Below are positions 17,999 through 25,840 of a stretch of 40,817 nucleotides of DNA, in pieces. Source of the stretch: an uncultured Nitrosopumilales archaeon. GTDB taxonomy: Archaea > Thermoproteota > Nitrososphaeria > Nitrososphaerales > JAAOZN01. The notes beneath the pieces are model-generated. The model did no database searches. It had not been told where the DNA came from and saw only the letters and a list, made by a program, of their open reading frames with translations. Position 1 is the first letter of the stretch. Every line of letters begins with the position of its first letter. The DNA lies in contig CAYQXI010000008.1 of the NCBI GenBank assembly GCA_964421575.1, forward strand, positions 1 to 40,817. The letters are read 5' to 3'. A program made the translations under genes and the position numbers.

Positions 17999-18787
17999 TT
18001 GATGCACATAAATAAGGTGCTCTCAGTATTGCCTACACGAATGAAGTTTTTTACATATTACTTGAAGGAGTGCCCAAGTAGCCAAGATGTCGCAGAGGCT
18101 CTTGCTCTTGAAGGTGCTCCTGAAGGGACAGTAATTGTATGCGAAGAGATGTGTAGTGGCAGAGGAAGGATGCATAGAAAGTGGTTTGCGAGTAGAGGTG
18201 GTCTTTGGTTTACAGTACTTCTGAGACCGGCTCAGCTCAAGAGCCTTCACGCCCTCTCCCTCGCAGCGGGGCTTTCCGTCGCAAAAGCCTTGAAGAGCGT
18301 CTTCTCCGTGGATGCTAAAGTGAAGTGGCCCAACGATGTGCTAATAGATGGAAAGAAGGTATGTGGGATACTTAGTGAGGCTGGAGCTAAGGCTGATAAG
18401 ATCAATTATCTTCTACTCGGAATAGGAGTGAACGTAAACAACGAGCTACCGGAAGAGCTTAGAGAGTCAGCCGTTGCACTTAAGGATGTTTTAGGTTTTG
18501 AAGTCCCTAGGGCTCCTCTTCTTAAAGAGATTTTGTTAAACATAGATGCCTACTACTACAGGATTACGATAGGTGAGGTTGATAGAGTTGTCAGAGAATG
18601 GAAGGAGTGGAGCTCAACGCTGGGCAAAATCGTGAGGGTATGCGTAATGGGTAGGGTTATAGAGGGAGCGGCAATAGATGTTGATGGAGATGGCGCACTA
18701 CTGTTGGAAACAAGCAGAGGCATGGAGAAAGTGATGGTAGGAGAAGTGGTGTATCTCAGAACGCTTGAAGAGAAGAATGAGCTATAA
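17999..18787 (+). CDS. birA: Biotin--[biotin carboxyl carrier protein] ligase (group I, no HTH domain)
   Basis: CPSSQDVAEALALEGAPEGTVIVCEEMCSGRGRMHRKWFASRGGLWFTVLLRP contains the BPL GRGR.GR.W.S..G motif, followed by KWPNDVLIDGKKVCGIL and GIGVNVN. The true start may be ATG 18041 (MKFFTYYL...). Confidence 0.9.
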   Translation: MMHINKVLSVLPTRMKFFTYYLKECPSSQDVAEALALEGAPEGTVIVCEEMCSGRGRMHRKWFASRGGLWFTVLLRPAQLKSLHALSLAAGLSVAKALKSVFSVDAKVKWPNDVLIDGKKVCGILSEAGAKADKINYLLLGIGVNVNNELPEELRESAVALKDVLGFEVPRAPLLKEILLNIDAYYYRITIGEVDRVVREWKEWSSTLGKIVRVCVMGRVIEGAAIDVDGDGALLLETSRGMEKVMVGEVVYLRTLEEKNEL

Positions 18788-19079
18788 TTTTTTAGAATAT
18801 TCAAAGGAGAGAAAGGGAAGCGCCAGAGTAAAGACTAACGCTTACGTTGTTTGTTAGCATTAATAGTAGATAGAAGAATGCACGACGAGATAAAGATGAA
18901 TGCAAAAAGTTGGAAGTTAAAACATGTTCGCATTAGTGAGGTTTTCTTCCTCAGCACCCTTATATTCGTTATGATCCGGATTAAAACTTCTTTGCCTCTA
19001 AACGCAGATAATGAAAACATGTAATGGTAAAAAAAAGTGGGGGTTATCTTTTGAGAAGGCTGTAAGATTCCTTGTCGCC

Positions 19080-19229
19080 TTAGCCTTGCTCCAAGCCCTT
19101 CTCCAACATCTTCTTTATTCTTTTTATATCGAGTATTACTTTGGGCAGATTCCACGCGGTGTATCCTAGAAGGACCCCCACAGATACTATTACTTCAAGC
19201 AATATGTAAGTAGTGAGTTCAGTTACCAT
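19080..19229 (-). CDS. Small single-pass membrane protein (49 aa) coupled to the sodium:solute symporter
   Basis: Below the track's length cutoff. ATG at 19229 lies 7 nt after GGAGGTGA, whose TGA is the symporter stop. Reads MVTELTTYILLEVIVSVGVLLGYTAWNLPKVILDIKRIKKMLEKGLEQG, stop TAA at 19080-19082. Confidence 0.45.
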   Translation of the reverse strand: MVTELTTYILLEVIVSVGVLLGYTAWNLPKVILDIKRIKKMLEKGLEQG

Positions 19230-19236
19230 GCTTATG

Positions 19237-20703
19237 TCACCTCCGCTTGTACTGCTCTAACACCGAGAAGTCAAAGTGCTCTTTCTTTATTAGGCTTCCT
19301 AGTACGGTTATGCCAAGTCCTATGAAGAAGGCTACGACCATCGAAGGCCCCCAGAGCCCTAGTACTAAGAACATGTATGCGCCCACTGCGAATCCTATTA
19401 TCCCTCCTGCGAATATTGGCCACGAACTAACCCATCCTCTCCACATACTTAGCAAGAAGCCGCCTACAAGCGGAGCCATGTATAGTGGCATGAAGAGCAA
19501 GAGGTATAGTGTGGATATCGGCGTTATGGTTGATAGTATTAGCACTATGGCACATACGGCTACACTTATCCTTGTTACTCGCAGGATCTGTTTATCCGTG
19601 GCATTTTTATTGATGAATTGCTTGTAGAGGTTGTTAGCAATCACTGTGCCCATAGCAAGCAAGGCCTGCCCTACGGTTCCAACGCACGCACTCAGAATTA
19701 CGTACAAGAACAAGACTTGGACCCATGTTGGCGTGAAGAGCCCTATCAAGGTCGGATAGGCCTCTGTGCCTACGGCTACTGCGGGTACTTTACCAGCTGC
19801 TTCTAATATGCGATAGGAGAAGCCAAGAGAAGTGGCTAAGAAGGGCATGAAGAACCACCATATACCTGCATGTAAGAAGCCCCGCCCAGCTGACTTAGAG
19901 GAGTCTGCTGCTAGAGCTACTTGCCAGTAGTCCTGCTGCATCGGTAGTGAAAATAGAGCCCATGCGAGGACAGCGGGGAGGTATAGGATCAAGGCGCTTG
20001 GACTCAATAAGTTAAAGAACTCTGGGCCCAATTTGTCAGAAACGGTTGCAGCGGTCTCTATTACCGCTCCAGGCCCACCTAACGCGGACCAAGTGTATGC
20101 GGCAGTTATGGCGTGGAAGAGCATGGCTAAGTTAGTAAAGGCCCACGTGGCTACCAGAGAACCCCATAGTCCAACGGTGACTATGTATACTAGAGATAGT
20201 ACGGAGCTTAAGAGGACACCGATCTGATAGGCATATGGGATGCCCCCTGAGAGACCAGTATACATGTGCCCTGCAGCGGTCGTTTGGCACATCGCCCCAA
20301 AAAGGCTTGTTAGTAAGGCATAGAGTACCACCAGCACAAGCAGCGGTGCGTTCTTAAATCTCACCTTAAACCAATCGATATATGTTACGGCGAAGGGCAA
20401 TAAAGCTCGGAGCTTACTTGCCCATAGACCGAATATCCACAGACCTGCTGCGTACATTGGATAGATCCACGTACCAGCGATGCCGAAACCATATGCACCT
20501 TCAGCAGAACCCATGACCGAGCTCCCCCATATGTAGAGGGACGTGACGGTGGCACATACCATGGACATCGGCACCAAGTGTTTGGCTACTAGAAAATCTT
20601 CTAGGGTTTTAACGAAGCCAAGTCTTCTGATCACTTGTGTAACGATGACAGGGATGGATATGAATACTACGGTGATTGGTACCAAAATTTCTAACGGCAG
20701 CAT
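19237..20703 (-). CDS. Sodium:solute symporter (SSS) family transporter
   Basis: 488 aa and about 13 hydrophobic segments. N-terminus LEDFLVAKHLVPMSMVCATVTSLYIWGSSVMGSAEGAYGFGIAGTW resembles the SSS entry motif. GGAGGGTAGAGG lies upstream of the ATG. Substrate unknown. Confidence 0.75.
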   Translation of the reverse strand: MLPLEILVPITVVFISIPVIVTQVIRRLGFVKTLEDFLVAKHLVPMSMVCATVTSLYIWGSSVMGSAEGAYGFGIAGTWIYPMYAAGLWIFGLWASKLRALLPFAVTYIDWFKVRFKNAPLLVLVVLYALLTSLFGAMCQTTAAGHMYTGLSGGIPYAYQIGVLLSSVLSLVYIVTVGLWGSLVATWAFTNLAMLFHAITAAYTWSALGGPGAVIETAATVSDKLGPEFFNLLSPSALILYLPAVLAWALFSLPMQQDYWQVALAADSSKSAGRGFLHAGIWWFFMPFLATSLGFSYRILEAAGKVPAVAVGTEAYPTLIGLFTPTWVQVLFLYVILSACVGTVGQALLAMGTVIANNLYKQFINKNATDKQILRVTRISVAVCAIVLILSTITPISTLYLLLFMPLYMAPLVGGFLLSMWRGWVSSWPIFAGGIIGFAVGAYMFLVLGLWGPSMVVAFFIGLGITVLGSLIKKEHFDFSVLEQYKRR

Positions 20704-20934
20704 GTTCCTCTACCCTCCTTTTTAGTAGTTTTTGCAGAATTTTTATGCCTCGCGTTATGTTGTTCGCTCGGCATACCGCTAATCTACGATACTCCCTTTA
20801 ATAAAGGTTTCGGAAAAAGTGGGGTGATTTAATATTACTTTTAAAGTGGGTATAGCACCTCTCTTGTCTAAAATAACACAGATATAATACGGATAGTTTC
20901 TAAGTTTCAGCATAATACGTATCTCCTAAACCTA

Positions 20935-21390
20935 ACGCTCTTACGCGTAACTTTTTATGTTGTTCGTAGAACCCTTTGACGACTATATGGATTCTAGTAA
21001 GCTTCTCTCACCGAAAGGAGTTTACATCGTATTGTAGGACAGGCTCCGCATGGATCTCTTTAAGTCAGAGTACATAATCGATAGTAAATTTTCGGTTTAC
21101 TATCACAGTACTTAAGATTTTACGTATAAGCTCTTCTGCGGTAAGGGCATTCTTAGATGGATAACCCCCTAACAATACCTCGTTTCTATCAATATCTATC
21201 GCAGCATAAACCTAACACTCCAACACGTTAACCTTAACACTTGTTCCATTTAACGCTGTCAGCCTCCTAACCATCCTTAAAGGCTTAACATTAACCTTCC
21301 CGCTAAGTGTCCTAACTCACTCACAAACAGCAGTCTTAGAGACCCTACAGACTTAAAGCACCCCAGCCAGCCCTCCTAAGACTATAAGGG
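20935..21390 (-). pseudogene. Decayed DDE transposase gene, IS6-like (archaeal ISA1214-type) remnant
   Basis: One reverse-strand frame reads ...VCRVSKTAVCE*VRTLSGKVNVKPLRMVRRLTALNGTSVKVNVLEC*VYAAIDIDRNEVLLGGYPSKNALTAEELIRKILSTVIVNRKFTIDYVL*. After a frameshift it reads GERSLLESI*SSKGSTNN. This parallels IS6-type motifs (vyrWv; aiDET.vkv.g; vw.AiD..tr.vl; fGeRN.iErff..lKrR). There are at least 4 in-frame stops and 1 frameshift, and the first catalytic D appears replaced (ALNGT). The family call is from memory. Confidence 0.6.
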
Positions 21391-21613
21391 CGAAATATAG
21401 AATAGCTAAGAATTTTAAGCCTCAATGAAACTTCTTCCTCTTAAAAACACCCAATTCCGATTTAAGAAAAACTCACATTGGGAACACATAACCAAGTTCC
21501 CACCTCCGAAAAACAGCTATCTATTATTCAATAAAAGAAAAAGTAAAGCTCTCCCTACAAAGACTCATCGCTTGCGAAAAGCAAAAATACCTGTATGTTT
21601 CAGCGATTTGCTG

Positions 21614-23623
21614 ATGGTCTTAAACTCGATTGAAATAAAACATTATTTGTTCGTTGAAAACTTAGAAATCTTGATTTATATTCTTATCCCCCTCGTAGCA
21701 CTAATCTTCTTTTTTGGTCTATATCGACACTTTAGGATATGGTTCTATGGATATGGGTTTTTTCGCGCATTGAAAGAGAGGTCTTTAAAAGAGAGGATAG
21801 CGTCTTTAGTTAAGTATGGGATACTGCAAAGAAAAGTAATTAAGAGTTGGATCGGATCTGTTATTCATGTTCCTATATACCTTGGAACGATCATACTTCT
21901 GGTTGGAACGATACTGCGGTTCTTAGAATACGATGTGAGTTACAAATTGTTTGGTTTAAGATTTCTAACCGAGTCCACTTACCTACTATATAAGTTGGCG
22001 CTGAATATAGGTGGGATACTTCTGATTGCAGGGTGTATAATAGCGTGGATTAGGCGAGCCTACAAAAAGGACGAGATACCAACTGTTTTCGGTGATCATC
22101 TGGTTTTATCCTGCTTATTTCTAATTGGCGTAACTGGCTTTTTGCTTAGCGGAATATCCACTTTAAACTATAGGCTAGAATGGGTTGACGGATTTGACTT
22201 TATAGGCTATGCTATAGCGTCGTATATTCAAAACACGGGTCTGGAGGAGACCTTCTTTAATGCTTACCCCTATATCTGGTTATTCCATATGTTGCTTGCA
22301 CTTTTCACTCTAGCGACGATACCGTACACAAAGCTATTCCACTTAGTGGCAGGAGGGCTATTTAATACATTCTTCGCAAGACCAGAACCATTATCAGCCT
22401 TAAAGCGTGTAGAGGATTTAGAGAAAAGGTTGGAAACGGGAACTTACATTGGTGCTGAAAAGGTTGGCGATCTTTCGTGGAAGGAGCGGCTAGATTATGA
22501 TTCCTGTGTTTCGTGTGCTAGATGCCATAATAATTGCCCAGCAAATCTTAGTGGCAAGCCACTATCTCCAATGTACATGATATTGGAAATGCGGAAGGCG
22601 ATGAATGAAGGAGTAGAAGCTAAAGTAATGACCGAGAAGAATACTCCTGAGGTATTTTGGTCCTGCACAACCTGTGGCGCCTGTGTAGAACGGTGTCCGT
22701 TATTACTACATCACGTGGAAAACATAATTGATGTGAGAAGATGGATGATGTCCGTAAATCAAGCGGTGCCTGAAGAACTACTTCAACTATCTTCAAATAT
22801 AAGGAGAGCAATGAATCCATATGGCTTTGACCCCTATAGTAAGACCGAATTTGTTCAAAAACTTGCTGAAGAAAATGGATTGGAGATAGCTGAAGAGGGA
22901 AAGGAATACGACGTCATTTATTGGATTGGTTGTACTACAGCACTTGATCCAACCTTAAGACCTATAGCCTATGCGGTAACAAAGCTTCTGAAGTTAGCGG
23001 GCGTTAAAGCCGCCTTACTTCCGGAGGAAGGGTGCTGCGGAGATCCGGTAAGAAGAATAGGCGATGAACTTCTCTTTAACGAAATTATTTTACAAACCGG
23101 TGAAAGTTTGAGAAGATACAATTTCAAAACATTGCTTGTAGGATGCCCCCACGGTTACAACACCTTTAAGTATGAATATCCGCAATTTGGCTACAACTTT
23201 CACGTAGAGCATTATACTGAGTTCTTTGCTAGACTAATCAAAGAGGGTAGGTTAAAGTTGAAGCCTCAAGAGAGAGTAAGGATGACATATCATGATCCTT
23301 GTTATTTAGCTCGTTGGAATCCGATTAGAAAAGAGCCTCGTTTTATTCTTCAAAACTGTGGGGCAGAGCTTATCGAGATGGATAGAAATAGCGAAAGAAC
23401 ATTCTGTTGCGGGGGTGGGGGCGGAGGAGCCTTCTATGACGTAAAGATTGGGGAAAGAATTAGTAAGGTGAGGATAAACGAGGCAAAGAAGACTGGCGTG
23501 AAGATTGTAGCCGTTTCGTGCCCGTTCTGTAATATGATGCTAAAGTCTGAAGCGCAGACAGTAGACATGGAAGTTAAAGACATAGCAGTCATATTAAGTG
23601 AAGCAACCGAACAACAATCTTAG
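21614..23623 (+). CDS. Membrane-bound HdrE/NarI-like cytochrome b domain fused to HdrD-like Fe-S/CCG domain (DsrMK/HmeCD-type oxidoreductase)
   Basis: N-terminal region has about 5-6 TM helices with conserved His residues (SVIHVP, GDHLVLS, LFHMLLALFTLATIPYTKLFHLVAGG). These are followed by CVSCARCHNNCP and CTTCGACVERCP (2x[4Fe-4S]) and two CCG motifs (EEGCCGDP, FCCGGGGGG). The track start 21425 adds 63 K-rich codons over AT-rich DNA next to the IS remnant, so ATG 21614 is preferred (TTG 21671 is also possible). Confidence 0.8.
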   Translation: MVLNSIEIKHYLFVENLEILIYILIPLVALIFFFGLYRHFRIWFYGYGFFRALKERSLKERIASLVKYGILQRKVIKSWIGSVIHVPIYLGTIILLVGTILRFLEYDVSYKLFGLRFLTESTYLLYKLALNIGGILLIAGCIIAWIRRAYKKDEIPTVFGDHLVLSCLFLIGVTGFLLSGISTLNYRLEWVDGFDFIGYAIASYIQNTGLEETFFNAYPYIWLFHMLLALFTLATIPYTKLFHLVAGGLFNTFFARPEPLSALKRVEDLEKRLETGTYIGAEKVGDLSWKERLDYDSCVSCARCHNNCPANLSGKPLSPMYMILEMRKAMNEGVEAKVMTEKNTPEVFWSCTTCGACVERCPLLLHHVENIIDVRRWMMSVNQAVPEELLQLSSNIRRAMNPYGFDPYSKTEFVQKLAEENGLEIAEEGKEYDVIYWIGCTTALDPTLRPIAYAVTKLLKLAGVKAALLPEEGCCGDPVRRIGDELLFNEIILQTGESLRRYNFKTLLVGCPHGYNTFKYEYPQFGYNFHVEHYTEFFARLIKEGRLKLKPQERVRMTYHDPCYLARWNPIRKEPRFILQNCGAELIEMDRNSERTFCCGGGGGGAFYDVKIGERISKVRINEAKKTGVKIVAVSCPFCNMMLKSEAQTVDMEVKDIAVILSEATEQQS

Positions 23624-23691
23624 TTTCTTTCCTTAATTTAACAACAAACGGCTTCATCCACATCTTTTAAGGCCCAAAGCATTATTTGTTA

Positions 23692-23705
23692 AAGACAATT
23701 GTCTT
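23692..23705. repeat. Perfect 14-bp palindrome AAGACAATTGTCTT, followed by hairpin GGGCTA-AAT-TAGCCC (23708-23722)
   Basis: Read directly. It lies 69 nt after the HdrDE-like stop and 177 nt upstream of the aor ATG. Candidate operator or terminator. Confidence 0.5.
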
Positions 23706-23847
23706 GCGGGCTAAATTAGCCCAGAGCTAAATCCTTTTGATCTGATTTCTGCGCATCTTCTTGCTCCCTACTCGCCCATTATTTTCACATTTTAGATGGT
23801 TGCTTTTGTTCTATCTGCGGTATTGACACATTATTTGAATAAACGTT

Positions 23848-23859
23848 AACTTTTAATAG
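23848..23859 (+). promoter_or_regulatory. Archaeal TATA box for aor (leaderless)
   Basis: AACTTTTAATAG is centred about 28 nt upstream of ATG 23882. There is no SD. Confidence 0.5.
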
Positions 23860-23881
23860 AGGGTTCTAAGGTATGTAGGCT

Positions 23882-25693
23882 ATGTTCGGGTTTAATGGTA
23901 GAGTTCTTAGAGTGGACCTAACAAACGTAAAGTGTAAGGCTGAAGATCTGAGGGCCGATTGGGTTGAGAAGTATATCGGAGGAAGAGGGCTAGGCATAAG
24001 GTATCTCTATGATGAACTTCCTCCAAAGATTGATCCACTTTCCCCCGAAAACAAAATAATAATTGCCACTGGACCGTTAACTGGTACAATAGCACCTCTT
24101 TCTGGCAGATACCCATTAATTACAAAGTCTCCAGAAACTGGAACTATACTGGATAGCTATTGCGGCAGCCATTTTGGTGTTAAGATGAAGTTTGCAGGCT
24201 GGGACCTACTAATAATCCAAGGAAGGGCTTCGAAGCCGACGTGGCTACATATAAGTGAAAAAGGGGCCGAATTTAAAGACGCTACCAAATATTGGGGAAT
24301 GTTCACCCACGATGTGACAGCAGCAATAAGAGAGGAATTGCGTGACGAGGATGCTTCAGTGCTTGCCATAGGACCGGCTGGAGAAAAAATGGCATTGATA
24401 GCAGCGGTAGTAGGCGATGGGGACTGGCTACATGGAAGAGGAGGAGCAGGTGCTGTTATGGGCAGCAAAAACCTGAAGGCGATAGCAGTAGAAGGTTATA
24501 AGAGTACTGTTAAACTGTATGATCCGGACAGATTTAAGCAAAATGTTTCAGAACTTATTTCAAAAAGTGTAAAGACTGATGCGAATATGTGGGCAGCAAC
24601 GGATGGCACCCCGATCATTGTGGATATTTCAAATATGTCGGGTGTACTAGTTACTAAAGACTATACTCAAGGCGTATTTGAATACGCGGAAAACATAAAC
24701 ACTGAAAGAATAAAAGAAAGACTCGCTAAAAGGTATGCTTGTTATTCATGTCCACTTGTCTGCAAGAGAAAAATTAAGGTTAACGATAAGATACTTAAGG
24801 CTCCCGAATATGAGACGTTAGCTCTCGTAGGTTCGAATACTGGGTTAGGGGACTTGAGTGGAGTCGCGGAGATAAATCATCTAGCAGATACGTACGGAAT
24901 GGATACGATCTCACTTGGTAGCATACTCGGCTTCACAATAAGACTCTGTAAAGAAGGCATACTTACAAAGAATGATGTTGGTGGATTAGACTTAGATTGG
25001 GGTAGAACTGACGCTTTAGTTAAGTTAGCAGAGATGATCGGCAAAAGAGAGGGAATAGGAAAGATACTTAGCGAAGGTGTCAGAAGAGCTGCTAAGCAGA
25101 TAGGAAAGGGTGCAGAAAAATTCGTGATGGAAGTGAAAGGATTAGAGTTGCCAGGGTATGAAGCGAGAGGAAGCTGGGGGATGGCGCTAGCTTACGCCAC
25201 CGCAGATAGAGGAGGTTGTCATCTGAGGGCTTGGATGGTTGCAGAAGACGCATTTGTTAAGAAAGACCAGTTCAGCTTTAATGGAAAGCCAGAGGGTGTT
25301 AAGAGGCTTCAAGATTTGAATAGTATTAAATGGTCAGCTACGATCTGTGACTTTTGGGCCTTGGATTACAAGGAGTTAGTTGAGCTATTTAACCCAGCCT
25401 TAGGTAAAAATTACACCGAGGAGGATCTAAAGCTGATTGGTGAGAGGATATGGAACTTATCTAAAATGTTCAACGTAAGGGAAGGCTTTACTAGGAAAGA
25501 CGACTATTTGCCAGCGAGAATATTTACCGAACCTTTAAAGGGAGGGGTCTCTGATGGAAAGTTTGTAATAAAGGAAGAATTTGAAACAGCGCTAACAAAG
25601 TACTATACACTTAGAGGGTGGGATCCCGAGACCAGCATACCCTTACCAGAAACCTTAAAGAGATTAGGGTTAAAAGAGGATCTAAAGCTTTAA
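23882..25693 (+). CDS. aor: Tungsten-containing aldehyde:ferredoxin oxidoreductase family protein
   Basis: MFGFNGRVLRVDLTN...YIGGRGLGIRYLYDE is the canonical AOR N-terminus; also ...RGGAGAVMGSKNLKAIAV, CYSCPLVCKR (cluster cysteines) and DRGGCHLRAW. 603 aa. Confidence 0.92.
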   Translation: MFGFNGRVLRVDLTNVKCKAEDLRADWVEKYIGGRGLGIRYLYDELPPKIDPLSPENKIIIATGPLTGTIAPLSGRYPLITKSPETGTILDSYCGSHFGVKMKFAGWDLLIIQGRASKPTWLHISEKGAEFKDATKYWGMFTHDVTAAIREELRDEDASVLAIGPAGEKMALIAAVVGDGDWLHGRGGAGAVMGSKNLKAIAVEGYKSTVKLYDPDRFKQNVSELISKSVKTDANMWAATDGTPIIVDISNMSGVLVTKDYTQGVFEYAENINTERIKERLAKRYACYSCPLVCKRKIKVNDKILKAPEYETLALVGSNTGLGDLSGVAEINHLADTYGMDTISLGSILGFTIRLCKEGILTKNDVGGLDLDWGRTDALVKLAEMIGKREGIGKILSEGVRRAAKQIGKGAEKFVMEVKGLELPGYEARGSWGMALAYATADRGGCHLRAWMVAEDAFVKKDQFSFNGKPEGVKRLQDLNSIKWSATICDFWALDYKELVELFNPALGKNYTEEDLKLIGERIWNLSKMFNVREGFTRKDDYLPARIFTEPLKGGVSDGKFVIKEEFETALTKYYTLRGWDPETSIPLPETLKRLGLKEDLKL

Positions 25694-25840
25694 CACTTAA
25701 CTCATAAAGAAGACCACCTTTCATAATTAGAAGTTAGTGTAGAGGCTGATTAGAAAACACAAAATAGAAATGTGGATTCTTTAATTATGAGAGATGGAAT
25801 AAAAAAATTTTTAAAGGGGATGTGAAGAAGGAGTATCGGA

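Noticed and set aside
17669-18007. 112-aa reverse-strand ORF between ecfT and birA
   Set aside because: It overlaps the 3' end of ecfT in antisense, is P/S/T-rich, and has no start signals.
18835-19155. 106-aa reverse-strand ORF downstream of the SSS transporter
   Set aside because: It is in a different frame from, and overlaps, the better-supported SD-coupled 49-aa ORF. It has a low-complexity K/R-rich composition in AT-rich convergent spacer DNA.
21425-21613. First 63 codons of the 732-aa ORF (MKLLPLKNTQFRFKKNSHWEH...)
   Set aside because: Lys/Asn-rich translation of AT-rich DNA directly abutting the transposase fossil. The recognisable membrane domain begins after ATG 21614.
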